IMG/VR virus record: IMGVR_UViG_3300020045_011163
Location: 1-40,768 of that record
DNA from: a virus
Taxonomy: Duplodnaviria > Caudoviricetes
Length of the DNA stretch: 40,768 nucleotides
Direction: 5' to 3' (one strand)
Positions 7,260 through 16,115 of the stretch are shown in pieces. Numbering within the stretch: the stretch's first letter is position 1; each line of letters starts with the position of its first letter. Below the pieces are notes generated by a model, which made no database searches, was not told where the DNA came from, and was given only the letters and a program-made list of their open reading frames with translations. A program made the position numbers and the translations under genes.

Positions 7260-7388
7260 ATGACCCACAAACTCTCAACCTGCGGCCAATTTATCTTCAT
7301 CCCCCTATCTGACACTCAGTTGATGCTGGGTGATGAAGTGCGCTGGATCGACGGCAAGCCCTATGTAATACGCAAAAAAGACTCTTGA
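7260..7388 (+). CDS. Small hypothetical protein (42 aa)
   Basis: Manual translation MTHKLSTCGQFIFIPLSDTQLMLGDEVRWIDGKPYVIRKKDS; fills the gap in the operon. Confidence 0.5.
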   Translation: MTHKLSTCGQFIFIPLSDTQLMLGDEVRWIDGKPYVIRKKDS

Positions 7389-7611
7389 CCCTTTGGGCTT
7401 TTTTCTCTAACTTGAAAGGTGCTTATCATCTATTTTTAAAACATATGGGACTCAAATATCCAGGAAAAAAGATTACAGTTGGCGGAAAAACCGTAACTAA
7501 ATCAACAGGTTTCCCTAAGAAATCCACAGTTCAGCGGACTCTGAAAGGAACTGCAGCCGGAAAAGGTTTTCTTCGATCCACCTTCCCAAAGGGCTAAAAG
7601 ACTCTTGACCC
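7376..7611 (+). repeat. 16-bp direct repeats AAAAGACTCTTGACCC (7376-7391 and 7596-7611), each containing a -35 box
   Basis: Exact match 220 bp apart; first copy is followed by 17 bp then TAACTT, second by 18 bp then TATTCT. Confidence 0.8.
7445..7597 (+). CDS. 50-aa highly basic peptide
   Basis: ATG at 7445; K/G/T-rich with no Asp or Glu; candidate promoter of its own. Confidence 0.6.
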   Translation: MGLKYPGKKITVGGKTVTKSTGFPKKSTVQRTLKGTAAGKGFLRSTFPKG

Positions 7612-7676
7612 CTGCTCGGTAGTTGAGATATTCTACCCTTGGTTTTTTTCTGGTTTTAGTTTGAATGAGGGTGGAG

Positions 7677-7704
7677 AGCCCTAGTCTTGCATCTAGGGCT
7701 TTTT
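7677..7704 (+). terminator. Intrinsic terminator
   Basis: AGCCCTAG/CTAGGGCT stem followed by a T-run. Confidence 0.8.
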
Positions 7705-7787
7705 GCTGTTTTTATTTCTTGCGCTTTTTCTCTTGCGTCGCTGTCAGTATTCCGCTACAGTGACGTTACTATTTTTAATCTACTTTT

Positions 7788-8153
7788 ATGCAAGGAAGTA
7801 ACCACGTTGATTATTCTCAGTTTTCTGAATTAATTCCCAAACTCATGGAACGAAAAAACGAGCTACAGGATGAGATGAAGGCGCTTGATTGGCTGATTGC
7901 GAATACGTGCGGGGAGAAAGTTATTGCGCCCATTGTTAAAGGTCGAAGGAACTACAAGAGAAAAACATGTCTGAGTTGCCAGAAAAAGTTTAAGCCCTGC
8001 GGCGGAATGCAGGTGAGGTGTACCCCTTGCGGCGTTGATTATCGCAAGAAGTACATGGAGGTTAAGAATAAAAACAGGTCAGCGTCTAATTTGCCGCCGC
8101 TACTTGATCCGGTTCACCTTAGTGATGGTGTTGTTAAGAATTCTAAATTTTAA
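7788..8153 (+). CDS. Zinc-finger protein
   Basis: CLSC...CTPC pairs in a basic context; upstream TTGCGT-17-TACAGT promoter candidate. Confidence 0.7.
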   Translation: MQGSNHVDYSQFSELIPKLMERKNELQDEMKALDWLIANTCGEKVIAPIVKGRRNYKRKTCLSCQKKFKPCGGMQVRCTPCGVDYRKKYMEVKNKNRSASNLPPLLDPVHLSDGVVKNSKF

Positions 8154-8155
8154 AA

Positions 8156-8302
8156 ATGCAAATCCGAAAACCAATTTCAGTATATCTCAGTGAAGAAGAA
8201 CGTAAACAAGCCGAAAAGCTCGCCAAGGGACTTGGCGCTAAAAGTTTTAGTGACGGTTTTAGGCGGATCTTGCGGCTGTTTGCGGCGATGAGGGATAGTT
8301 AA
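8156..8302 (+). CDS. Ribbon-helix-helix (CopG/Arc-like) DNA-binding protein
   Basis: Manual translation MQIRKPISVYLSEEERKQAEKLAKGLGAKSFSDGFRRILRLFAAMRDS; RHH pattern; not in the track. Confidence 0.7.
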   Translation: MQIRKPISVYLSEEERKQAEKLAKGLGAKSFSDGFRRILRLFAAMRDS

Positions 8303-8321
8303 TATTTTTATAAAAAAGAAA

Positions 8322-8684
8322 ATGAAACAACTAATTTATAATGGCTTCATTAAAGAGAGAGATTTTGGAGAGAACGATCAAGCTCTCTTTATTGGAGAAA
8401 TGCCCCTCCCGTTAGTAAAAGAGTTTGAAGAGTGTCTAAAAGGGCGGCAGGTTTCAGTTCGCTACTGGGTTTCTGCTAAGGAAAAAAGCAAAGATCAGAT
8501 TAAAGAAGACGCTTTGCGGAGAATATTAGGCTTCGTGGATGCTAAATATGACGACATATACACTGAGAGCACAGGCTATCTATGGACTACAGAGGATTTA
8601 TCTATCGGAGGGCATGATGTGATTAAGGAACTAAGAAGCCATGCAGGAAAATTCGTTTACCTAGAGGTTGACGTGCATGAGTAA
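8322..8684 (+). CDS. Hypothetical protein
   Basis: 120-aa ORF with A-rich leader. Confidence 0.7.
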   Translation: MKQLIYNGFIKERDFGENDQALFIGEMPLPLVKEFEECLKGRQVSVRYWVSAKEKSKDQIKEDALRRILGFVDAKYDDIYTESTGYLWTTEDLSIGGHDVIKELRSHAGKFVYLEVDVHE

Positions 8685-8723
8685 TTATCAATTATTTGCT
8701 TTTTCTGAAAAATCTACTACCAT

Positions 8724-9119
8724 GTGCTTATGGTACAAGTCCCATCAACTGAGGCCGAGGTATTGAGGTCAATTACTGATTATTTGACGCTCAATAATAT
8801 CTATCACTTGCGGCTCAATTCTGGAAAAGTGCTAATCACTCAGGGACTGACGCGGAGAATGATCAATCTCTGTCCTGAAGGTACCCCTGACATCTTCGCC
8901 CTAAAGGACGGAAAAGCTGTATTCCTAGAGGTAAAGCGCGATGCAAAGGTGAAAGAAACTTGGCTAAAGAAGATCAGGAACTTCAAGAAAACCGCGGTAG
9001 TCGCCCACTCCGCAAGACGTGAAATAGAGCAGTACAAAGCCATGAAGACAATCGAAGCAGCGGGCGGTGATACTTACTTAGTAGCTAGTTTGGGGGAGGT
9101 GATGGAGATTTTTAAATAA
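8724..9119 (+). CDS. VRR-NUC domain endonuclease (resolvase-like)
   Basis: E.EV..SI.DYL, GTPDI, FLEVK, Q..(A)GG..Y motifs. Confidence 0.88.
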   Translation: MLMVQVPSTEAEVLRSITDYLTLNNIYHLRLNSGKVLITQGLTRRMINLCPEGTPDIFALKDGKAVFLEVKRDAKVKETWLKKIRNFKKTAVVAHSARREIEQYKAMKTIEAAGGDTYLVASLGEVMEIFK

Positions 9120-9126
9120 ATAAAAC

Positions 9127-9363
9127 ATGTACATAATCACAGGAGCCGGAAAGTCCCGCTCTCACAATAATTACAAAGAAGACCTTGACAATGTCCCCAT
9201 TACTGTACATGATGACGGCATTGAAGATTGTCGAGATTCTGAGAGAGTTTCTAAAAGCGATACGGTCGGGATGATCAAAGATAGACTAAACGCCGCACCG
9301 CTGAATTCTGAAGTTAATCACGTTTACAGGAAGGTGCTCAAGGGGATTGAAGGGGAAAAATAA
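9127..9363 (+). CDS. Hypothetical protein
   Basis: 78-aa ORF in operon. Confidence 0.6.
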   Translation: MYIITGAGKSRSHNNYKEDLDNVPITVHDDGIEDCRDSERVSKSDTVGMIKDRLNAAPLNSEVNHVYRKVLKGIEGEK

Positions 9364-9372
9364 AACTTTTTT

Positions 9373-9924
9373 ATGGAAAATGTTTGTCACTGTGGGAAGG
9401 TAGCTAAAAGTAAAGCTGGGCTAGTTGCGCACCAGCGGAGTTGTGCTGTTTCTGAGCCTGAGAAAGTGGATGAGGTGGCCATGTTTGATATGTGTGGAGA
9501 AATAACAGAGGTGGGTTCTATAAGCGACAGTACTTTAGGAATGGCGCCTTTTGCGACTCAAGATCTAGCCCCGGGCCACATAGTTGAGATGAGAGGAGAA
9601 CTAGGGGAAGTCAACACTTTAACAGACGGGGACGCCAGCAATGCGGACGCTCTGCACACTCATCCAGAAGAAATCAACCCAGACACTGATCTAGTCCTAT
9701 CAGATTCTGCACTATTACTGCGTGGGATTTGTTCAAAGTTACGTGAGGCCATTAGCGACGGTGATATCCGCCGGGCCTTGATGGACATGCACACACGTGC
9801 TGAGGCAGTGACTAACAATGAGCAGGTAAAGGATGAATTATTGTCACTCTTGCCGATGCTAATTGACGGTGATGACAAATTTAAAGTTAAACAATTTTTA
9901 GAAAAAATAACCCCCCAATCATGA
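9373..9924 (+). CDS. Protein with N-terminal zinc finger and an internal tail-fibre-like HxH motif
   Basis: CHCGKVAKSKAGLVAHQRSC; NTLTDGDASNADALHTH. Confidence 0.7.
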   Translation: MENVCHCGKVAKSKAGLVAHQRSCAVSEPEKVDEVAMFDMCGEITEVGSISDSTLGMAPFATQDLAPGHIVEMRGELGEVNTLTDGDASNADALHTHPEEINPDTDLVLSDSALLLRGICSKLREAISDGDIRRALMDMHTRAEAVTNNEQVKDELLSLLPMLIDGDDKFKVKQFLEKITPQS

Positions 9925-10418
9925 AGACGGTTCAATTGAAAAAGTATCAAGTAGCTGATCTGGTTGCGTTTCTGAATTCTCTGAAACCTGCCGACTTAGG
10001 TGATCTTCGAGTTATCAGGAAAATTTCCAGCGTTACCGATACACTCGAAAAAGGCATCAAAGATTACAATGATCTGTTTGAGGGAGTGCGAAAAGATGTC
10101 CAGAAGTTTATTGACAGCGAACAAGTGAAGGTAAAAGCCCTTGAAGATAAAGCAAAAGCCGAGGCTGACACCACTAAAAAACATGAAATCGAAAACGAAA
10201 AAGCTGAGTTACAAAACGGAATTCAGGCTGGGATCAGGCCGTTTAATGAAAAACTTAAAACACTAAAAGAAAAAGATGGAGAGGTAAAAGTCGCTGTCGA
10301 TATCGACCCCAATCACTTTGCAGAATTATCCGAGCAGTTCAAGCGTCACGCCGCCAGTAAATACGTAATCACCAAAGAGTATGTTATGACTGCGGATGCT
10401 CTTGGTATTGAAGATTAA
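9921..10418 (+). CDS. Helical/coiled-coil hypothetical protein
   Basis: ATGA overlap with the previous gene; K/E-rich helices. Confidence 0.75.
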   Translation: MKTVQLKKYQVADLVAFLNSLKPADLGDLRVIRKISSVTDTLEKGIKDYNDLFEGVRKDVQKFIDSEQVKVKALEDKAKAEADTTKKHEIENEKAELQNGIQAGIRPFNEKLKTLKEKDGEVKVAVDIDPNHFAELSEQFKRHAASKYVITKEYVMTADALGIED

Positions 10419-10433
10419 TTTTAATATTCAAAT

Positions 10434-10592
10434 ATGAAAACTGGAAGATATCCAGCAATAGGCATGAGAATGAGCTACTCTGCAACGGAAGAAGATATAA
10501 AGGCTTTTGATGAGGAGATAGAAAAGCTAATGAATAGATATCGGATTTATTCTGTAAACTATGTGTTGAACCCATTTAATAAGAAAGATTAA
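10434..10592 (+). CDS. Small hypothetical protein (52 aa)
   Basis: Manual translation MKTGRYPAIG...NPFNKKD; fills the gap before terS. Confidence 0.55.
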   Translation: MKTGRYPAIGMRMSYSATEEDIKAFDEEIEKLMNRYRIYSVNYVLNPFNKKD

Positions 10593-10596
10593 TATC

Positions 10597-11115
10597 ATGG
10601 CTAGACCATCAAAATTTCAGAAAAAATTTACCGAAGACTTAATCGACTTCTTTTCCATTAGTCCGCTAGAGCGTCAATTGACGGGGGAGGTAGTAGAGTA
10701 TTACGAGGACGGGCAAATCAAAAAAGAGAATAATCGCTATCAGATGGTTCCGGCTAAGATACCCACCATTAGGGGCTTTGCCAGAAAGATTAACGTTGCT
10801 TATAAGACCGTGTACAACTGGCTGAAAGAGGGCCAGATAGACGATGAGCCCACCACCAAGCAGGAAGAGTGGTTCGAGGAATTTCTACACGCCTATAAAG
10901 AGGCGATGGAATTAAGAAAGGAATTCTTGATCAATATTGGGCTTTCTGGAGCCTCTCCGCCCTCTGCTTATATTTTTACCGCGAAGAATTTGACTGATAT
11001 GACGGATGAGCAGACGATCAATAATAATCACACTATAAGCTCTATCCTTGATGAGATCGAAGAAGCCGCAAAAATTAGACAGTCGATTGACAGATCAAAC
11101 ATGGAGGATAAATAG
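10597..11115 (+). CDS. terS: Terminase small subunit
   Basis: MARPSKF start, PTIRGFARKINVAYKTVYNW HTH, IFTAKN; directly upstream of terL. Confidence 0.85.
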   Translation: MARPSKFQKKFTEDLIDFFSISPLERQLTGEVVEYYEDGQIKKENNRYQMVPAKIPTIRGFARKINVAYKTVYNWLKEGQIDDEPTTKQEEWFEEFLHAYKEAMELRKEFLINIGLSGASPPSAYIFTAKNLTDMTDEQTINNNHTISSILDEIEEAAKIRQSIDRSNMEDK

Positions 11116-12601
11116 TTTGTACAAAATCATCGACAAAGATGCCAATCTTGTCACGTTCAAGCTTAATTTTTCGCAAGCCAAGTTTCATTACGAAGCTCAT
11201 AACAGGTCGATCATACTGAAAGCGCGGCAACTTGGTTTTACAACTTACTCAGTGATTCGGGCGCTAGACTTTGTCATTTTTAGTAAAAACTTTACGGCTG
11301 TCATTATCGCCCACGACAAAGAATCTTTGAAAAAGATTTTTAAAAAAGTTCAGCTTGCCTGGGATCAGTTCGATAAAAGGCTGAAAGATGAGCTAGGAAT
11401 AGAGAGCGTGGCGTCGTCAACGAACGAGCTAAGGTTTAATAATCGCTCCAGCATTCGGGTCACTTTGTCCTCACGGTCTGACACGGTGAACTACCTTCAC
11501 GTTTCAGAGTTTGGAAAAATTTGTAATAAGTATCCGGCCAAGGCTGACGAAATAGTGTCAGGTGCTTTTAATTCGGTTCCTAAGGACGGCCATATTGTTA
11601 TAGAAAGCACCGCTGAGGGTGACTTTGGATATTTTCACGACTTTTTCCAAGAAGCGTGGGAAAGGGGAGCGCCTCAACACGTGGGGCAATTTAAATCATT
11701 TTTTTTCCCGTGGTGGGATGAACCTGGGTATAGATTGCGATCTAACGCCAGCGTGAAGCCTCAGCATTTAAAGTACCAGGCAGAATTGGGGGTAGATGAT
11801 GAACAAATTAATTGGTATGCCTGGAAGCAAGAGGAGCAAAAAGAGCTCATGCTACGGGAGTACCCCTCTAACCCAGGGGAGTCTTTCAGATCGTCTGGGG
11901 CGAAGCTTTTCTCAATTGAGGCCACTAAGTGGCAGGTGCAATGGGTTAGAGAACCTGTCAGTATTTCTGGTGACTGGAAGTATTACGATAAATACAAATC
12001 TAATCATTTTTATATTATCGGGGCTGACGTTGCTGAAGGAATGGGACAAGATAGCTCAACGGCGGTGATTTTAGATTGTAAATCAATGGAGGTGGTGGCT
12101 ACTTATAAGAATAACACCATAGAGCCCCATATATTCGCTTACGAGCTTTTCAAAGCTTCCCAGGCTTATGGTAACTGCTTGATAGTGCCAGAGCGGAATA
12201 ATTGCGGCATTACTACGGTAGATAAGTTGCGTGAACTTGGGGCAGTATTGTATTTCAAGGAAGAGACTGACCCCTCTAATCCTACTAAAAAGGTTCGTCG
12301 CTTCGGCTGGCGAACAACTGGGTCGTCTAAGCCTTTGATGTTTTACAATCTCCATGAAGTGATGGAGGAAAACGAGGTCAAGATTATTGACAAGGTTCTG
12401 CTTAGAGAGTGCGAAACTTATGATCGTGAAGACCTCACCCAGTGGCGATTCGATGCAGATCAGACCAAGCACTGGGATTTGTTAATCGCTTTTGCTATTG
12501 CGATAGAAAATAGGTCAATGGCTATATTTCGGCAAGTAAAGAGGGTAGATAAAAATTATAAACCTAAAAAATATGCTCCCCGAAAAGTCCCGGGACGATA
12601 A
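11048..12601 (+). CDS. terL: Terminase large subunit
   Basis: Walker A LKARQLGFTT, Walker B LHVSE, IESTAEG, RNase-H motif IGADVAEG..D, C-terminal HWD; exact start uncertain. Confidence 0.95.
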   Translation: MMRSKKPQKLDSRLTDQTWRINSLYKIIDKDANLVTFKLNFSQAKFHYEAHNRSIILKARQLGFTTYSVIRALDFVIFSKNFTAVIIAHDKESLKKIFKKVQLAWDQFDKRLKDELGIESVASSTNELRFNNRSSIRVTLSSRSDTVNYLHVSEFGKICNKYPAKADEIVSGAFNSVPKDGHIVIESTAEGDFGYFHDFFQEAWERGAPQHVGQFKSFFFPWWDEPGYRLRSNASVKPQHLKYQAELGVDDEQINWYAWKQEEQKELMLREYPSNPGESFRSSGAKLFSIEATKWQVQWVREPVSISGDWKYYDKYKSNHFYIIGADVAEGMGQDSSTAVILDCKSMEVVATYKNNTIEPHIFAYELFKASQAYGNCLIVPERNNCGITTVDKLRELGAVLYFKEETDPSNPTKKVRRFGWRTTGSSKPLMFYNLHEVMEENEVKIIDKVLLRECETYDREDLTQWRFDADQTKHWDLLIAFAIAIENRSMAIFRQVKRVDKNYKPKKYAPRKVPGR

Positions 12602-12740
12602 AAAAAGTCTTGACGAAAGCTGGGCGAGCCTGATAGCTTATGCACAAGATCATCCTTATGCTAAAGTGATAATCCAGTTCAAAGAGGGCAAGCCCTACGA
12701 GATTATCCGCAGCATTGAGACAATCAGATTCAAATTCTGA
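12573..12740 (+). CDS. 55-aa small protein, YezD/DUF2292-like
   Basis: Manual translation ...WASLIAYAQDHPYAKVIIQFKEGKPYEIIRSIETIRFKF; helix plus beta-hairpin pattern; not in the track. Confidence 0.55.
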   Translation: MLPEKSRDDKKSLDESWASLIAYAQDHPYAKVIIQFKEGKPYEIIRSIETIRFKF

Positions 12741-12784
12741 CGAGCACAGCCGCAGAATAACAACTATAACATTAGTTTTTATTC

Positions 12785-14905
12785 ATGCCGCTCGACTCAG
12801 AACAAATTAGGAAACGATGGAACAGAGCTTGGGAAGCCAAGCAAGACGAGCTTGATCGCATAGACAAGTCGTTTTTGTGGTTATATGAATTTGAAAAGCA
12901 TTTAATTGAGGGTGAAAGTGGGGAAGGTGCGTATCGGTTTCCGGAGGTGATGGGATATGTGATGCGCCGGTATAATAATTATCTAGAAGTTTTGCCAGAG
13001 GCGAGGGTGAAAGGGAATAGTGATGCGTCTGTGGCGCTTCAGCACGCGATTGAGCAGAAACAGTTGGAGGCTAATCTAGAAATGACTAAGATGACCGCCA
13101 TTGCGAACACAGCGGCCACTGGTACAGGCTGTTATCAGATCGTGCCTTTTCGTCATGAAAAGAAATATGCAGACGGATCAGAAAAATGTGTTTATTGGGG
13201 AATCGCCAGCGAGACAGTGGACTGGCGGCATATTTTCCCGGCCCCCGGATACAAGGAATTGCATGATCACACTGGATTTAACCAAATGCCGTACATGTTC
13301 AGGCGGCGAGTGATGCATTACGAGTCGTTTATGGAGCGTGGCAGAAAGCTGGGCTACAAAGACCTTGATAAAGTTCAGCCCTCTACCTGGGGTGATTCTA
13401 ACGTGTGGGGAGATACAAACTGGATGACTCCGCATGAATTGCAAGAATTGACCAGCGCCACTGAGTTTGTGACTACTCTGGAGTACTTGGACGTCCAGGA
13501 CGACGCGTTTGAGGTTTATGCTACTGGGGGAATTAACTGTTATTCCTCAAAAGAAGGTATCCCCTACTCGCACAAATCATTTCCGTATCATATTTACAGA
13601 AACGTGCCGAGACTGGATTCTATTAACGGAATCGGAGAGATCGAATTAAATCTCCCTTACAATTTATTCAGAGAGAAAATTCTAAATCTTGGAATTGATG
13701 ACATTGAGCTAACGGTGCAGCAGCCGCTTATTGTTGATGGTGAAATTGGATTTAACACTGAAGAGCAGGAAGTTTCCCCGGGCGCTATTTTCGAGGTAAG
13801 AGGAATGGCAGGCGGGAAATTAGCTGATCACATCATGCCTATGCCGATTGGTGGGGGGATGTCCAGCAACGTCCTACAGATGATCCAGACTATCGAGAAT
13901 TCACGCACAGCGGTTACTTCTGATGACGCTACGGCGCTTTATTCTAATCCTAACCAGCTTGCGACTCAGACAATGGCGAAGATGCAGACGCTTAATAAGT
14001 CAATCGACGGTGCCACTAAAAAGAACATCCTATCGGCTGAAATTGTAGCCACGAAACAGATCGCTTCATTCTGTAAAAATGAGTTTGCTAAGCCGTTTTC
14101 TGATGGTAGCAAAAATATTTTTATGGGGATTAAGGTTTCTGGTTATGACGTAGTACAAGACAATGACGATGCAGAAGTGAAGTTTGTCAAAGGTTATGGA
14201 GCTGAGGGCGAGTACAAGCTTAACCCGAAAGTTGCTGAAAGCTTTGATGAGTCAATGGTTGAGATTGTGCCAGCCGCCAAGGATGAGGAATTGAAGCGAG
14301 ACAGAACAGAAAAGCTAGTGACCTTTTCGTCTTCTTTGTTCTCTCTTATTGGTAATTTGGCTTCAATCAGCCCTGAGATGGTACAGAAAGTTATTGGAGA
14401 TATGGACGTGCCAGAGTTCTTAAAGGTCACGGCTAAGAATCTCGGACTTGAGCAAGATCTTAAAAAGGTATTCCCAGTAGTGGCTAAGCAGGAGTTTGAA
14501 CTGGACGCTATCGAAGCCGAGCATCGCCAAGTAATGATGGGCATTACTCCAGAAGTCAGACCAGAAGAGGATTCAATGAAGGAATTAGCGAAGCACATGG
14601 AGTTTGCTAATTCCGGATTCTTCAAGAAACACGCTACTAAGGAAGCTAAAAAATCTATGAATGAACATATTATTTTAACCGCACAAAATGTTCGGAAACA
14701 AAACGAAATCCCTGTTGCCGATCGCAAAAAAGGACTGGCTCAAACTCAGGCAGGAGGTCAGCCCGGAAGCGTTCAAGGCCCAAATGCAATGGTGGCAGGA
14801 GCAGCTCCACAGAGCGGAGCAGCAGTTCCTGTACAAGGAGGTGAAGGGGGACTGGCAGAAGGGATACCTGGCGGGCCAGCTCAACCAGTGCCGACACTGG
14901 CTTAA
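12785..14905 (+). CDS. Portal protein (P22-like podovirus type)
   Basis: 706 aa after terL; TGTGC, PYHIYR.VP...SINGIG, PGAIF, ATQ motifs; Q/G/P-rich tail. Confidence 0.88.
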   Translation: MPLDSEQIRKRWNRAWEAKQDELDRIDKSFLWLYEFEKHLIEGESGEGAYRFPEVMGYVMRRYNNYLEVLPEARVKGNSDASVALQHAIEQKQLEANLEMTKMTAIANTAATGTGCYQIVPFRHEKKYADGSEKCVYWGIASETVDWRHIFPAPGYKELHDHTGFNQMPYMFRRRVMHYESFMERGRKLGYKDLDKVQPSTWGDSNVWGDTNWMTPHELQELTSATEFVTTLEYLDVQDDAFEVYATGGINCYSSKEGIPYSHKSFPYHIYRNVPRLDSINGIGEIELNLPYNLFREKILNLGIDDIELTVQQPLIVDGEIGFNTEEQEVSPGAIFEVRGMAGGKLADHIMPMPIGGGMSSNVLQMIQTIENSRTAVTSDDATALYSNPNQLATQTMAKMQTLNKSIDGATKKNILSAEIVATKQIASFCKNEFAKPFSDGSKNIFMGIKVSGYDVVQDNDDAEVKFVKGYGAEGEYKLNPKVAESFDESMVEIVPAAKDEELKRDRTEKLVTFSSSLFSLIGNLASISPEMVQKVIGDMDVPEFLKVTAKNLGLEQDLKKVFPVVAKQEFELDAIEAEHRQVMMGITPEVRPEEDSMKELAKHMEFANSGFFKKHATKEAKKSMNEHIILTAQNVRKQNEIPVADRKKGLAQTQAGGQPGSVQGPNAMVAGAAPQSGAAVPVQGGEGGLAEGIPGGPAQPVPTLA

Positions 14906-15011
14906 AGATATGGAAGGGGCGCTTGAGTCAAAGGAAAATCGGCTAAAGAAGGCCATTAAAGAAGACCAGGAAAAACAGAATCAGAAATATAAAACTTACA
15001 ACACAATTTAA
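14688..15011 (+). CDS. Small helical protein overlapping the portal C-terminus
   Basis: 107 aa, amphipathic helices (KGYLAGQL..C..WL); fills 14905-15011. Confidence 0.6.
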   Translation: MFGNKTKSLLPIAKKDWLKLRQEVSPEAFKAQMQWWQEQLHRAEQQFLYKEVKGDWQKGYLAGQLNQCRHWLKDMEGALESKENRLKKAIKEDQEKQNQKYKTYNTI

Positions 15012-15021
15012 TCACAAAAAT

Positions 15022-15213
15022 ATGGCTTACGGAAAAACAGCAAAGGGGGTAATGACTGGAACTCGCAAGATGCTTGCGGGGGTCAAGAACAAAATGGCAG
15101 GCGGTGTGCTAAAAAGAGCAGCCAAAGCTGGTGCAGGAATGGGCGCACGTGCAGCCTCTGCTACTGCTAAAGCGGGTCGCAAGTACAACCCCGCTGGTCG
15201 TCGAAAAGCTTAA
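15022..15213 (+). CDS. 63-aa basic peptide, possible DNA-condensing virion protein
   Basis: A/G/K/R-rich with no Asp or Glu; lies in the head module. Confidence 0.6.
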   Translation: MAYGKTAKGVMTGTRKMLAGVKNKMAGGVLKRAAKAGAGMGARAASATAKAGRKYNPAGRRKA

Positions 15214-15281
15214 AGATTGAAGTGCTGGGCATGGCTCAGCCTTGAGTTTTTAAAACTCGCTATAAAATAACTTTATCCTTT

Positions 15282-16097
15282 ATGTCAGAGCAAAACGCGT
15301 CTCACGATAACGAAGCAGTCAATGTTGTCGTAGAGGACAGCCAAGAGCCAACGGTTACCGTTGAGACTACGGCCAACGGGGGAGACACCCCTAACAACGA
15401 TGCTGGATCTTCAGCCAATACGGGCGGAGAACAGACTGAGCGTGCAAGTCAGATTATCTCTAAGCTTGGCGAAGAGAAAAAAGCTGCGTATTCGCAGCTT
15501 GTGACTCTCGCTAGAAGTTCGGACACCGCAAAAGAACAGGTTAGGGGGATGCTTAATTCAGATCCTCAACTCCAGTCTTATGTGAAGTCCAAGTTTGGGG
15601 CGGACTATGATTTCATCGTATCAGACGCAAAAGCTGCGCCTGATAACTCTATTGATCTCGAAAAAATCAAAGAGGAAGAACGAGTCAAAGTGCGTGCCGA
15701 ACTCATCCAGGAACAGCTAAAAAGCAATAGGGATCAGCTGGTGGCTCAAAAAGCAAAGCAGCTTGGCCTTAACACTGACGAGTTCGACAAGTTCCAGAAA
15801 TATTTTGAAACTTTGTCTGTAACTGACGGTGAAGAGACTGCGCTTGATAAGGCGGCTTTGCTTGTGAATTCAGACAAGGCGACGGCTCAGAGAGTGTCGG
15901 CAAACGTTCAATTCGGAGGCGGTGGAGAAGCTGAAGCGCCTAAAGCGCGTGAAGTCAGGATTTCTCCGGCCATGAAGTTCGCTATTGAACACGGTATGGG
16001 CCAGAACCTAAACGAATTTGCGAAAGGAATGGATAGAGTTTTAAGAGCAAGTGTTGTCGAGGACGGTGAAAAACTCACAGTGCTTCAAGGAATTTAA
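15282..16097 (+). CDS. Capsid scaffolding protein
   Basis: Acidic disordered N-terminus plus coiled coil; position between portal and capsid. Confidence 0.7.
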   Translation: MSEQNASHDNEAVNVVVEDSQEPTVTVETTANGGDTPNNDAGSSANTGGEQTERASQIISKLGEEKKAAYSQLVTLARSSDTAKEQVRGMLNSDPQLQSYVKSKFGADYDFIVSDAKAAPDNSIDLEKIKEEERVKVRAELIQEQLKSNRDQLVAQKAKQLGLNTDEFDKFQKYFETLSVTDGEETALDKAALLVNSDKATAQRVSANVQFGGGGEAEAPKAREVRISPAMKFAIEHGMGQNLNEFAKGMDRVLRASVVEDGEKLTVLQGI

Positions 16098-16115
16098 TAA
16101 TTAACCATAAATATT

